Notes: generated from the sequence alone by a model not told the origin. Counted from the first letter of the stretch, positions 19,405-29,613 are shown. The stretch is DNA of 64,000 nt from a virus (IMGVR_UViG_3300012942_000033:35512-99511), one strand, 5' to 3'. Numbers and translations are program-made.

Positions 19405-21717
19405 ATGGGCAGCACACCAATTCTGGTCGTCAAGCGTGACGGCCGTCAAGAGGCTCTTGACCTCGAAAAGATCCACAAAGTCGTCTTCTGGTCTTGTGAA
19501 GGCCTTACTGGTGTTTCACCAAGTGAAGTCGAACTCCGAGCCAAACTCCAACTCGAGGATGGCACTCCAAGCACTAAGATTCATGAGCTACTCATCAAGA
19601 GTGCCAGCGAACTCATCAGTGAAGAAACTCCAAATTACCAATACGTGGCGAGTCGGTTGGCTTCCTACCAATTACGTAAGGAAGTCTATGGTCGATATGA
19701 ACCATGGACCGTCAAGCAGGTCGTCGAGGCTAATGTAAAGGCTGGTCACTACACGAGTGAGCTCCTGGAGAACTTCGACGATGATGATTGGCGAAAGATG
19801 GAGAAGATCGTCAAACATTCGCGCGATGACCTGATTGCCTTCGCGGGTATGGAGCAATGGCGAGGCAAGTATCTGGTCAAGGATAGGGTTACTGGTCAGT
19901 TCTTTGAAACCCCACAAATTGCGATCGTGCTGATTGCTGCGATTGGGTTCATGGCTTACCCCAAAGAGAACCGCATGGAGTATATCAAGGATTTCTACGA
20001 TGCGGTCAGCCAGTTTGATATCAGTCTGCCTACGCCCATTATGGCCGGTCTTCGAACTCCACAGAAACAGTTCAGTTCATGCGTCACTATCGCGACTGAT
20101 GACTCTTTGGATTCTCTACTCGCGACCAATGGTGCAGTGGTCAAATACATCAGCCAGAAAGCAGGCCTAGGCATCGATATGTCAAGGGTTCGCGCTCACG
20201 GTTCCAAGATCCGTAATGGTGACGCAGAACATACTGGCATGATTCCATTCGTGCGCTGGTTCCAGAGCGCTGTGAAGAGCTGTTCACAGGGTGGCGTTCG
20301 TGGTGGTGCAGCTACGGTTCACTTCCCCCTATGGCACTATGAGTTTGAAGACCTGGTTGTGCTCAAAAACAACAAGGGCACCGAATTCAATCGTATTCGC
20401 CAATTGGATTACTCCTTCCTCTTCAATCGTATGATGTACAAGCGTTTGGTCGAGGGTGGTGACATTACGTTCTTCTCACCACGTGATGTACCAGGATTGC
20501 TTGATGCGTTCTACGCTGACCAGGATGAGTTTGACCGTCTTTACGTTCAGTATGAAGGTGATCCATCGATCCGTAAGAAGTCAATGAAAGCCCTCGATGT
20601 CTTCGTCATGTTTCTCACGGAGCGCAAGGAGACTGGCCGGATTTACCTCATGAACATTGATCATGCGAATACGCATGGCAGTTACATTCCTGAACTCGCA
20701 CCAATCACTCAGAGTAACCTTTGCCAGGAGATCACTCTGCCGACCTCACCACTTCAATCTTATGATTGTGATGAGGGTCGTATCTCACTTTGCACCTTGA
20801 GTGCTCTCAATTGGGGAAGAGTCAAGACTCCACATGATTTCGAGAAGCCAGCCAGATTGGTAGTGCGCTTCCTTGATGAGATCCTCAGCTATCAGAACTA
20901 TCCAGTTAAGGCGGCCGAACTGGCAACTAAGGAACTCCGCCCTCTTGGTGTGGGTATTGTGAATCTAGCCTACTTCCTCGCCAAGAATGGTTTGAAGTAT
21001 GATGATAATGCCTTGGCTCTTGTTGATGAATACATGGAAGGTATGTCATACTACCTGATCAAGGCTTCGGCGGATCTAGCTGTCGAGAAGGGGGCCTGTC
21101 AGGCTGTTTACAAATCCAAATATAGCAATGGCATCCTACCCATTGACACATACAAGCGTGATATTGATGCTTTGGTTGAGCCTCAATTCCGTATGGCTTG
21201 GGAGGATCTTCGAGCCCAGTTGCTCAAAACGGGTATTCGCAACACAACACTGATGGCTCTCATGCCAGCCGAAACATCGGCTCAGCTGAGTAACTCGACC
21301 AACGGCATTGAGCCAGTGCGAGCCCTAGTGAGTGAAAAGGTCAGTAAGCATGGCGTGTTGAAGCAGGTTGTGCCTGAGATCCAGAAGCTCAAGAATAAAT
21401 ATGAGCTCCTATGGGATCAGAAGAATCCACGTGGTTACATCAAGGTATGCGGAGTTCTCCAGAAGTATATCGACCAAGCTATCTCGGCAAACACCTCCTA
21501 TAACCCTGACCACTATGTTGATCGTGAGATTTCAATGAGGGAAATGATCACTGATCTACTGACGATGTACAAATACGGAATCAAGACTGCTTACTACTTC
21601 AATACGTATGATGGCCAGGAAGATGTCACCGTTATCAAGGAGACCACCTCGGAAGATGCTGAGAATGAGCTACTTGAAGACCTTCCTGAGGATGATTGCG
21701 AGGCATGCAAATTGTGA
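19405..21717 (+). CDS. nrdA: ribonucleoside-diphosphate reductase alpha subunit (class I) with N-terminal ATP-cone
   Basis: ATP-cone (VVKRDGRQEALDLEKIHKVV). Catalytic-core motifs (NLCQEI, PAETSAQLSN). C-terminal CxxC tail (CEACKL). Confidence 0.9.
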   Translation: MGSTPILVVKRDGRQEALDLEKIHKVVFWSCEGLTGVSPSEVELRAKLQLEDGTPSTKIHELLIKSASELISEETPNYQYVASRLASYQLRKEVYGRYEPWTVKQVVEANVKAGHYTSELLENFDDDDWRKMEKIVKHSRDDLIAFAGMEQWRGKYLVKDRVTGQFFETPQIAIVLIAAIGFMAYPKENRMEYIKDFYDAVSQFDISLPTPIMAGLRTPQKQFSSCVTIATDDSLDSLLATNGAVVKYISQKAGLGIDMSRVRAHGSKIRNGDAEHTGMIPFVRWFQSAVKSCSQGGVRGGAATVHFPLWHYEFEDLVVLKNNKGTEFNRIRQLDYSFLFNRMMYKRLVEGGDITFFSPRDVPGLLDAFYADQDEFDRLYVQYEGDPSIRKKSMKALDVFVMFLTERKETGRIYLMNIDHANTHGSYIPELAPITQSNLCQEITLPTSPLQSYDCDEGRISLCTLSALNWGRVKTPHDFEKPARLVVRFLDEILSYQNYPVKAAELATKELRPLGVGIVNLAYFLAKNGLKYDDNALALVDEYMEGMSYYLIKASADLAVEKGACQAVYKSKYSNGILPIDTYKRDIDALVEPQFRMAWEDLRAQLLKTGIRNTTLMALMPAETSAQLSNSTNGIEPVRALVSEKVSKHGVLKQVVPEIQKLKNKYELLWDQKNPRGYIKVCGVLQKYIDQAISANTSYNPDHYVDREISMREMITDLLTMYKYGIKTAYYFNTYDGQEDVTVIKETTSEDAENELLEDLPEDDCEACKL

Positions 21718-21792
21718 CGCGTTGAGCTCATCCTTTATAGACATGTAAGCAACCAGTACCGTATTCTGGTTGAAAGATAAGAGAGGCAGTAA

Positions 21793-22923
21793 ATGTCCGT
21801 TTTTAACCTCAACAAGGTCGATCACCTCACAGCGAAGATGTTCTTCGATCCAAGTGGGCCAGTTGATATCCAGCGGTTCGATCAGGTCAAATATCCTGAG
21901 TTGGAGCACCTGACCAACCAACAGCTTGGTTTCTTCTGGCGACCTGAAGAGATTGATTTGAATACTGATCGCGGCGACTTTGCGAAGCTTACTGATCACG
22001 AAAAGCACATCTTCACTAGTAACCTGAAGCGACAGATCCTACTTGATTCGGTTCAAGGAAGATCACCAACAGCGGCTTTTGGTTCAATCACCAGTCTACC
22101 AGAGATGGAGACTTGGGCGCAGACATGGGCTTTCTTTGAGACCATTCACTCACGCAGTTACACTCATATCATTCGGAACGTCTATCCTCATCCAGGTTCG
22201 GTCTTCGATGCCATGAAATCGATCCAGGAGATCGTGGATTGCGCCAAGGATATCTCTGCCAATTATGACGACCTCATCGAGGCCAGCAAGTGGTATGAAC
22301 TCCTTGGTGAGGGTGACCATAGGGTGAATGGCAAGAAGCTCAAGGTCGACATCTACGAGTTGAAGAAGAAGCTCTGGCTGACCATGATGAGCGTCAACAT
22401 CCTTGAAGGTGTGCGCTTCTATGTCAGCTTTGCCTGTTCCTGGGCATTCGCTGAGAACAAGCGAATGGAGGGCAATGCGAAGATCATCAAATTGATCGCT
22501 CGCGATGAGAATCTTCACCTAGCTGGAACGCAGAACCTCCTCCGCAATATCCTGAAAGCTGATGATCCCCATTACATCAAGATAGCCCAGGAGACTGAGG
22601 AGCAATGTATCGCGATGTATCTGTCAGCGATCCGACAGGAGAAGGAATGGGCTCGCTATCTCTTCAAAGATGGTTCCTTGATTGGTTTGAATGAAGCGCT
22701 CCTGAATGAGTATGTGGATTACATCGCAGGTACTCGAATGAGGGGTGTGGGTCTGAAGGCTCCATTCACTATTCCAGCTCGTAACCCTCTACCATGGACA
22801 AGTAGCTGGATTGCATCGAAGAGCGTTCAAGTAGCCCCCCAGGAGACAGAAATCTCATCATACGTCGTTGGTGGTGTGAAGCAGGATGCTAGTGCCGATG
22901 ACTTCAACACATTTGAGCTCTAA
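21793..22923 (+). CDS. nrdB: ribonucleoside-diphosphate reductase beta subunit
   Basis: Di-iron and tyrosyl-radical ligand context (ETIHSRSYTHII, EGVRFYVSFA, ARDENLHL). Lies immediately downstream of nrdA. Confidence 0.9.
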   Translation: MSVFNLNKVDHLTAKMFFDPSGPVDIQRFDQVKYPELEHLTNQQLGFFWRPEEIDLNTDRGDFAKLTDHEKHIFTSNLKRQILLDSVQGRSPTAAFGSITSLPEMETWAQTWAFFETIHSRSYTHIIRNVYPHPGSVFDAMKSIQEIVDCAKDISANYDDLIEASKWYELLGEGDHRVNGKKLKVDIYELKKKLWLTMMSVNILEGVRFYVSFACSWAFAENKRMEGNAKIIKLIARDENLHLAGTQNLLRNILKADDPHYIKIAQETEEQCIAMYLSAIRQEKEWARYLFKDGSLIGLNEALLNEYVDYIAGTRMRGVGLKAPFTIPARNPLPWTSSWIASKSVQVAPQETEISSYVVGGVKQDASADDFNTFEL

Positions 22924-23050
22924 TGTGTTGACCAAGAGAGCTTACGACATAGCTCGTCAACGAGCTGAGTTGATTCGGCAAGGTCTTGATCCAGATAACT
23001 GGCCAGAGATTACCAGCTATTACTTTGAAACTACCTACAGGAGATAGCCT

Positions 23051-23290
23051 ATGAACGCTACCATTTACAGCAAACCACATTGCCCCTTCTGTGACCAAGC
23101 GAAGATGCTTCTGAAGAATCGCGGTGTCAATTACACCGAGGTGAGTGCGGTTGAGAATCGTGACGCCCTAATTGAAAAGGTCACCGAGGCTACTGGTGCG
23201 GCACCTCGCACGGTTCCTCAGATCTGGCTCGATGAAACCTACATCGGTGGCTTCACTGAACTGAAAGCATGGTTCACAAACCAGCCATGA
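23051..23290 (+). CDS. glutaredoxin (NrdC/NrdH-like redoxin)
   Basis: CPFC active site in the first 12 residues; 79 aa; follows nrdAB. Confidence 0.8.
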   Translation: MNATIYSKPHCPFCDQAKMLLKNRGVNYTEVSAVENRDALIEKVTEATGAAPRTVPQIWLDETYIGGFTELKAWFTNQP

Positions 23291-23805
23291 GATCCTGTTA
23301 CTCCAAGGATGAGATGTTGATGGCCGTGGCTAAGAAAAAGCCACGGCTACAAGCCCTTATCGACAGGGTAACCGAGATGTCAGAAGAGGAGATAAAGGCC
23401 CTACAAGAGCCCCTGTGGGTAAGAGAGGCACTAGAAATCCTCAGACAGGCGAATGGCAGATCGCAGAAGATTAGGATCGCCGAAATCATCGAGCGAGCCG
23501 AAGAGCAAGAAGCACTGATTAGATCACAACCCCAAATGACCTACGAGGTTCGGATCTGGGATTGTGAACCTGATTTTGTGGGTTACGAGGGCATAGATCG
23601 CAGTTGGAAGATCCAGGTTGAAACCGGTGACACTTTCGTGATTATAACGGAGCACCAGGTCAAATTTGGAGACCAGTTGGTAACTGTTGGTCATGAAGAT
23701 CAATTCAATCTCTACCACAAGAGCAAGATGGTGGGTTATATGACCCTAGCCAATTACAACGGCTTTTATCGAGAGTTGATCAACCAGAAGCACAAGAACC
23801 TATAA
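23269..23805 (+). CDS. hypothetical protein
   Basis: 178-aa ORF. Confidence 0.5.
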   Translation: MVHKPAMRSCYSKDEMLMAVAKKKPRLQALIDRVTEMSEEEIKALQEPLWVREALEILRQANGRSQKIRIAEIIERAEEQEALIRSQPQMTYEVRIWDCEPDFVGYEGIDRSWKIQVETGDTFVIITEHQVKFGDQLVTVGHEDQFNLYHKSKMVGYMTLANYNGFYRELINQKHKNL

Positions 23806-23826
23806 ACTACGTGGATAAATACGGGT

Positions 23827-24123
23827 ATGCTAGTTGAAAAGAAGAGCCAGGGAACCGCAGTAGTAGCAATCAAGCTCATTACTGGTGAGGAGATCATCGC
23901 ACGTCGCCTCAGTGATGATGACAATCACATCATCGTCAGTCGCCCACTCGCGATGGTGATGGCGGAGAACCCCGACAACCCAACCCAGACCAGAGTGATG
24001 TTTACCCCTTGGATGGTTGCCGCTGGTAAGGAGACGGTGACGATCAAGAACCAACACGTCATTGCGGTCACACCAGCAAGAACGGATGCTGTTGATCAGT
24101 ATGAGCAGGCCATTTCTAACTAA
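23827..24123 (+). CDS. hypothetical protein
   Basis: 98-aa ORF. Confidence 0.5.
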   Translation: MLVEKKSQGTAVVAIKLITGEEIIARRLSDDDNHIIVSRPLAMVMAENPDNPTQTRVMFTPWMVAAGKETVTIKNQHVIAVTPARTDAVDQYEQAISN

Positions 24124-24124
24124 A

Positions 24125-24532
24125 TTGGTTGACCGGCTGAGGTTGGCGTCTTTGATTCTGACCAAGCCAGACCATTTAGTTCAATATCAAGCCAACTTAC
24201 CAATTGTCTATGATCCAGTGAATCGCCGCCTGGTCATTGAGGGGGATTTTGAGATCCAAGCTAAGGGCAATCTTTATCTGAACTCTGATCAGCACGTGGT
24301 GGTTCATAGCGGTAATACTGGCGGTCATTACACTCATGCGATCTGGCTCAATCCAGATCTGGAGGATGAATATGCTATCCATGTCGAAGATTGTGAACCA
24401 GGAAGCTCTCGACAGCCAGATTTACAATCCAACCACCAAGCCGTCTGTTTTGATGCTACAGCAGATCATGCAGACCACTCCGAGACCTGCTCCTTCTGCG
24501 ACTCAGCAAAATCCTCCCCCACCGCTGATTAA
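24125..24532 (+). CDS. hypothetical protein (start uncertain; TTG or GTG)
   Basis: This frame-2 ORF gives a plausible protein (QYQANLPIVYDPVNRRLVIEGDFEIQAKG). It overlaps the next ORF in another frame, so gene boundaries here are ambiguous. Confidence 0.3.
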   Translation: MVDRLRLASLILTKPDHLVQYQANLPIVYDPVNRRLVIEGDFEIQAKGNLYLNSDQHVVVHSGNTGGHYTHAIWLNPDLEDEYAIHVEDCEPGSSRQPDLQSNHQAVCFDATADHADHSETCSFCDSAKSSPTAD

Positions 24533-25295
24533 TTCCAGCGATACAAGCGTTGTGCCTCCTGAGCTGAAGGAGCACGTTGATGCCTTCTTCGCCCTACCAA
24601 CCACAAACCCCTACTATGGAGTTTTGGTCAATCCAGCATCATGTCTAATCGATGACATCAGGAATAACTTCACTGATTTGAATCAAGCAGGGCAGGATCT
24701 TGATGCCGCCTCTGGTCAAACTGATTGGGCTGATTACCAGGATGAATACGACCAAGACACGCAGGATATCGCTTCGGATCTCGATTCGATCCAAGATCAC
24801 ACAGATCGCCTAACGAGCAATCTACCAAGCCTGGCAGGAGTAGCACAAGGCGCCCTAGCCCTCGCTACTGTGATGAACCTTTTGAGTAATCCGTGTCTTG
24901 GTCTGGATGGCATGTTGGGGAGTGTCATGGATTCAGGTAAGCAACTCCTCAATGATGTGGCTAATCAGGTTAAGGCTGGTATTGGTCAGATCACAAGTGC
25001 TATAGGAGATGTGACATCTGCAATCCAATCCGGAGTACAGAGTGCAATCACCGCTGCTAAGGCGGCTATTGGACCACTCATGGATCAGATCAAAGATGGT
25101 ATCGCGGTAGCCAAGCAACAGGTTAGTGCTTTCATTGATAAGGCAAAGACCGAGATCATGAACTTTGCCAAAGCGGCTTTGGCACAACTACGTCAAGGTT
25201 TGGCTGAATTGATGGCTAACCTACCACAAGATCCTTGTCTGCGTGGTCTCCTAACCAGCGCGGCAACTGGCGCGGCCGCAGCAATCATCAAATGA
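24456..25295 (+). CDS. hypothetical protein (Gln/Ala-rich helical, possibly structural)
   Basis: The long open frame begins at 24336. Internal ATGs at 24369 and 24456 are alternative starts. The C-terminal half is coiled-coil-like. Confidence 0.45.
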   Translation, partial: LQQIMQTTPRPAPSATQQNPPPPLINSSDTSVVPPELKEHVDAFFALPTTNPYYGVLVNPASCLIDDIRNNFTDLNQAGQDLDAASGQTDWADYQDEYDQDTQDIASDLDSIQDHTDRLTSNLPSLAGVAQGALALATVMNLLSNPCLGLDGMLGSVMDSGKQLLNDVANQVKAGIGQITSAIGDVTSAIQSGVQSAITAAKAAIGPLMDQIKDGIAVAKQQVSAFIDKAKTEIMNFAKAALAQLRQGLAELMANLPQDPCLRGLLTSAATGAAAAIIK

Positions 25296-26269
25296 CCAAA
25301 CCAGCAGTAAGAAAGGGTGATAAGTGTACGGGTCATGGCGACGCAAAGCCAAGACCTTGTGACCAGGGTTCACCTGATACTTTCATCAATGGTAAGGCAG
25401 CCCACCGCCAGGGTGACCATTGGGCAGTTCATAAAAATCATGACAGTCACCTCGCAAAAGGTTCTGATTGCGTCTTTGTGAATGGTAAGGGTCAGGGTAG
25501 GGTTGGTGATCCTATCCTTTGTGGAAGTCGGTGCCAACAAGGTAGCCCGAACGTCTTCGTAGGTGATAATTCGAGTAGTGGCGGATCAAGTCAGTCAGGC
25601 CAAGGAGCAGCTTCTGCACCAATTGATTACACCAACCCATACCGCTTTGAAGGTGGTGCTGGTGCGGATGGTTATTCGGGTTCAGGCACCATTGAGACTG
25701 AAGGCGGCGTTACTGGTGCTAGTGATTCCGATACACCAGCCTCTGATCCTGATTCACAGGAGCCACTAGACGCAAGTGATGATGACGTTGATTGGCTCAC
25801 CACGTGTATGATTGATGAGGCGGGTAATCAGAGCCAGAAGGATGCTTGGGCAGCGGTAGCCGCTGTGGTAGTAGATCGACTACAGACTGGTAGAGCGACC
25901 GGAACGGTTAATCCGGCCTGGCACGGAACTATCAAGGGTATCGTTCTAGCTAATGGTCAATTCTCGGGCTTCTACTTTGAGATGATCAACCGTCACTACA
26001 CTAGAGTCGTAGCAAGCAAGGATTGGGCGGCTGCTGAAAAACGTGGCAAACAGAAGATGGCACGATATCGTCAGCGTTCTCAATGGAATGCCTTCCATGA
26101 GGTGGCCCAACAGGTCGTCAATGGATCCTACCAGGGCGGTGCAGGCTGGAGATTAGTTAAGAGTCGCCCTGCGCTCATGTACTGTAATCTGGCCATCTCA
26201 AATCCGCCCTGGGCCACCCAGAGCAAATATGTCACTAAAATCGAGGATCACACCTTTTTCGTGGCTTGA
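25292..26269 (+). CDS. PAAR-like domain protein fused to a SleB-type cell-wall hydrolase
   Basis: N-terminus has PAAR/gp5.4-like Cys/His/Gly repeats (KGDKCTGHGD...GSPDTFINGKAAHRQGDHWAVH...VFVNGKGQGRVGDPILCGSRC...SPNVFVGDN). C-terminus has a SleB/Hydrolase_2-like segment (CMIDEAGNQS...VVVDRL...GIVLANGQFSGF). ATGA overlap with the upstream gene. Confidence 0.6.
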   Translation: MTKPAVRKGDKCTGHGDAKPRPCDQGSPDTFINGKAAHRQGDHWAVHKNHDSHLAKGSDCVFVNGKGQGRVGDPILCGSRCQQGSPNVFVGDNSSSGGSSQSGQGAASAPIDYTNPYRFEGGAGADGYSGSGTIETEGGVTGASDSDTPASDPDSQEPLDASDDDVDWLTTCMIDEAGNQSQKDAWAAVAAVVVDRLQTGRATGTVNPAWHGTIKGIVLANGQFSGFYFEMINRHYTRVVASKDWAAAEKRGKQKMARYRQRSQWNAFHEVAQQVVNGSYQGGAGWRLVKSRPALMYCNLAISNPPWATQSKYVTKIEDHTFFVA

Positions 26270-26294
26270 CATCTTGGTGTCACGTTGCTATATA
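26266..26294 (+). promoter_or_regulatory. sigma70-type promoter driving the tmRNA gene
   Basis: TTGACA (26266-26271), a 17-nt spacer, then TATATA (26289-26294). This places the transcription start near 26301, just ahead of the tmRNA acceptor piece. Confidence 0.55.
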
Positions 26295-26300
26295 GGATGG

Positions 26301-26760
26301 GCTATTGAAGACCGACGCCAAGTATCGACTAGCGGACGCGGGGGCAGTACCCGCCAGGTCCACCATAGCAAGTGACCTAGGAGCACTCGGAGCAATCCGG
26401 GCGGCGCCAACACCACCGAGGGAATCGAAGGATCTCAACCGGATCTGGGTCTTGAGGATGGTATGAGGAAGGGTGGATGAAAGTGAGGCACCGCGGAAGG
26501 CCTCATGAGTAAGGTAAGTCACTTGCTTTGCTGGGCCTGAACTTAGGATCGACGTGGAAGAGAACGGCCGAGAGAAGATCCGGGAAACCGGTGAAGCGAT
26601 GGTAGGGGTGGCACCCTGGGGAAACCCGCAAAGCCACGCATGTAAATGCAAACGACAACACTGTCGAGGTCGCTCTCGCCGCTTAATTGTGGCGCGGGTA
26701 ACCGCCTAAAGTCTTAGGGCTTCGACTCCTTAAGCGCGGTATGGTTCCACCGGGCAACAG
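26301..26760 (+). ncRNA. ssrA: circularly permuted (two-piece) tmRNA gene (ssrA); acceptor piece precedes coding piece
   Basis: The acceptor 3' end GGACGCGGGGGCAGUACCCGCCAGGUCCACCA (CCA at 26363-26365) matches the E. coli tmRNA 3' end GGACGCGGGUUCAACUCCCGCCAGCUCCACCA. Downstream, GGGCCUGAACUUAGGAUCGACGUGG (from 26533) matches the tmRNA 5' end GGGGCUGAUUCUGGAUUCGACGGG. The tag frame GCA AAC GAC AAC ACT GTC GAG GTC GCT CTC GCC GCT TAA (26648-26686) encodes ANDNTVEVALAA followed by stop. The 3' boundary is approximate. Confidence 0.8.
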
Positions 26761-26827
26761 AAAGGGCCAACCTTCCTATTACTCTTGACCTATTGGTAAA
26801 CTCCATTATTCTGCCGGGTAATGGGGT

Positions 26828-28615
26828 ATGTGGATAGATCAGGGAGACCACAGAAACCTTTATAACGGGTCGCATCCAAGGCTTACATCTCCGGAGCGGG
26901 GGTTTGCTATGTCGGATGAGCCAGTTAATTTTTCATGGATTGACCAAGCGTTGGTCTATGATCAAGACAAAGAGGAACGAGTGGATAAAGCAATCAAATC
27001 CGACATCAACATCAAGATGCTTACCGAACTCGCTCCTACTATCATATGGACGCGGAATCCTAAGTGGGATTTGACCTATATCAACTCATTCTGGTTTGAA
27101 TTCACTGGATGTCAGGATAGGCCAGTCAGTGAGATTGATTGGCAGGTCTTCATCCATCCTGATGATCTACCTACCATTACAGCTTATTGGAAGACCGCTC
27201 TTGAGCTCAACTTGGAGTTCAAGGTTGATTTTCGCCTTCGCCGCCGAGACGGTGAATATAGGTGGTTCCAATCAGTAAGCCGGCCAGTCACCAACAAAGC
27301 CGGTGAAGTCATTCAGTGGCTCGGTGTTTCGTCGATCATCCAAGACCTCAAAGAGGCACAGGAGGAGACCGAACGTCTTCGTCAGGAACTTGAGGAGAAA
27401 GTTCTCCAAAGAACCCAGGCCCTTGAGGAAGCACAGGCACAGGTTCTAGCCGAAATAAGCGCACGTCAGGCCACCCAGGATGCTCTTCGTCAAGCTCAGA
27501 AGATGGAGAGCGTGGGCCAATTAACTGGTGGCATTGCGCATGATTTCAACAACATGCTCACGGTGATCATTGGTAACCTTGAGTTACTCAAAATGAGTGC
27601 GCCCAAGTTGGGGGATAATCCAGTCGCGAAACGCATGGAACGCAATGTCAGTATGGCGATCGAAGCCTCGATTAAAGCCGAGAAGCTTACTGCTCAGTTG
27701 CTAGCGTTCTCGAGAAAAGCCCGTCTTCAGCTTGAACGTCTTGATGCCAATGCGGTCGTTGTTGGTGTCAGAGAAATGGTTGAACGAGCTGTTGGTATCG
27801 CTGTTAGTTGTGAGATCGACATACAGGATGATCTCTGGCTTTGCCTTTCGGATAAGACCCAGCTCGAGAGCGCAATCATTAACCTGGCTATCAATGCTCG
27901 CGATGCAATGCCTCTGGGTGGTAAGTTGTGTATCTCCACGGCCAACAAGGAAGTTGGTGATCTACGCTTCGTTAGTGTTTCGGTCAGCGATACCGGTCAG
28001 GGTATGAACCTAGAAACCCTGGAGAAGGCTTGCGAACCATTCTTCACCACCAAGGACGTTGGTAAGGGAAGCGGTCTTGGGCTCTCGATGGTTTATGGAT
28101 TCTGCCAGCAAAGCAATGGCAAGTTGATTCTTGAGAGCGAGGAAGGCCATGGCACTACTGTTGAAATGCTCTTCCCCTATACGGCTGGCGAAACCATTGA
28201 GGCCACCCAAGCGGAGGAAGACTTCAACTTTGATGCCAACAAACAAAGCATCCTAGTTGTTGATGATGAACCAGCGGTCAGAGAATTAGCGTGTCAGCTA
28301 TTGACTGATGCGGGGTTCAATGTCGTTAGCGCTCAAGATGGTCAGACGGCCATCAATATAGTCAAAGACCTCACCATACCACTCGACCTTCTATTCACTG
28401 ATATCGTGATGCCAGGCGGCATTGACGGATTTAGTCTAGCCAAGGTGGCCAATCAGGTACGCCCCACTCTACCTGTTATCTTTACGACTGGCCACGCGGA
28501 AGTTGCCCTCAAGGAATTGAGGAAGGATCTGTCGCAGAAGCTCAAAGTCATCGGCAAACCTTACCGGTTGAACGAGTTGAAGCAAATGATCCTTCATGAA
28601 CTGGCTATCCAGTAA
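26828..28615 (+). CDS. hybrid sensor histidine kinase (PAS, HisKA, HATPase_c and C-terminal receiver)
   Basis: PAS-like N-terminus. H-box [20 protein letters not shown]-boxes DTGQGMN and [14 protein letters not shown]. Receiver domain [12 protein letters not shown]...[14 protein letters not shown]...TTGH. The true start may be the downstream ATG (MSDEPVNF). Confidence 0.8.
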   Translation: MWIDQGDHRNLYNGSHPRLTSPERGFAMSDEPVNFSWIDQALVYDQDKEERVDKAIKSDINIKMLTELAPTIIWTRNPKWDLTYINSFWFEFTGCQDRPVSEIDWQVFIHPDDLPTITAYWKTALELNLEFKVDFRLRRRDGEYRWFQSVSRPVTNKAGEVIQWLGVSSIIQDLKEAQEETERLRQELEEKVLQRTQALEEAQAQVLAEISARQATQDALRQAQKMESVGQLTGGIAHDFNNMLTVIIGNLELLKMSAPKLGDNPVAKRMERNVSMAIEASIKAEKLTAQLLAFSRKARLQLERLDANAVVVGVREMVERAVGIAVSCEIDIQDDLWLCLSDKTQLESAIINLAINARDAMPLGGKLCISTANKEVGDLRFVSVSVSDTGQGMNLETLEKACEPFFTTKDVGKGSGLGLSMVYGFCQQSNGKLILESEEGHGTTVEMLFPYTAGETIEATQAEEDFNFDANKQSILVVDDEPAVRELACQLLTDAGFNVVSAQDGQTAINIVKDLTIPLDLLFTDIVMPGGIDGFSLAKVANQVRPTLPVIFTTGHAEVALKELRKDLSQKLKVIGKPYRLNELKQMILHELAIQ

Positions 28616-28672
28616 TATTGATTTCAGGTAGCTGATCAGTTAGTAGATGGGTTCTACCAAACAAAAGGAAGA

Positions 28673-28861
28673 GTGGTCGTGAGTGTATGGAACCTACGGG
28701 CTGATCCCCAGTCTACAGAAATCATCGAAACGTGGCTCAAGGAAGAAGCCATCGAAGGCTATGTGATCAATGTAAAGCCCGAGGTTGTTCAAATTGACTT
28801 CTCGAGCATTGACGATGCGTTCCGCTTCCGCCTTCAATTTGATGAAGTGCTGGTCGATTGA
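28673..28861 (+). CDS. small hypothetical protein
   Basis: 62-aa ORF followed by a hairpin. Confidence 0.3.
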   Translation: MVVSVWNLRADPQSTEIIETWLKEEAIEGYVINVKPEVVQIDFSSIDDAFRFRLQFDEVLVD

Positions 28862-28871
28862 CCACAATGTG

Positions 28872-28899
28872 TGGGCTGGAATGATTCCAGCCCATATTT
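28872..28899 (+). terminator. terminator-like hairpin
   Basis: TGGGCTGGAA-TGA-TTCCAGCCCA followed by TATTTC. Confidence 0.45.
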
Positions 28900-29088
28900 C
28901 AAAGGCTTACAGCTTTGTGTAGCGACGCCAAAGTCTAGACTAGACTGGCGTCGTAATCTTCAATAGCTTGTGCGAACTACGTGTAACGCGCGTTGTGCAA
29001 TTTAGTTGCACAGGGCGTCTAAGTTTTTATGGAGCCACATAGCCCTAAGTCGTCACAGAGATCGATTCCTCAAGTTGCGTAGGTTACC

Positions 29089-29613
29089 ATGAGCCTGAAT
29101 GACTTTAAGACTGCGACGACCCTGATGAAGGCTATGGAAGAAGGTCCCCAATATGTAAGAGTTACTGCTGGATCACGCATTGGGACTATAGGTAGGGTGA
29201 TGATCATACGCACCAAATACTACAGCGCTCATGAGTATCAGCTAGCTGTCAAAGGCCGCCGTAGTTTTTGGATGAAAGGTAGTGACCTAGAGCACCTTCC
29301 AAACCATCGTGGCGGCACCCATTATGTCGTGAACCATGAGACGCCAACGTATAATGACCTAATGGGTCGTCGTATCGAGGTAGGCCAAACAATCCTCTTC
29401 CCCCGAGGCTGCGAAGGAGCAAGGGTGGATATGGTCATGGGCACAGTTCGCAGGATCAGCAATAAGGGCACCATCTACGCCAAACTCTTCAAGAGTGGCC
29501 ACAGTAACGATCTGGCTGGTAGGTTGGTCAGGGTTGGCAAGCCAGGCAGCGCTATGATAATCGATAAGGGAACCACCGACCAAGTGATGCTAGCCAAGTT
29601 GGCTGCGTTCTAA
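29089..29613 (+). CDS. hypothetical protein
   Basis: 174-aa ORF. Confidence 0.5.
   Translation: MSLNDFKTATTLMKAMEEGPQYVRVTAGSRIGTIGRVMIIRTKYYSAHEYQLAVKGRRSFWMKGSDLEHLPNHRGGTHYVVNHETPTYNDLMGRRIEVGQTILFPRGCEGARVDMVMGTVRRISNKGTIYAKLFKSGHSNDLAGRLVRVGKPGSAMIIDKGTTDQVMLAKLAAF

Noticed and set aside
26280-26651. 123-aa minus-strand ORF from the six-frame track
   Set aside because: It overlaps the tmRNA gene. The region has unmistakable tmRNA signatures on the plus strand (tRNA-like 3' end with CCA, 5' GGGCCUG acceptor strand, tag frame ending ALAA-stop), so the ORF is treated as an antisense artefact.
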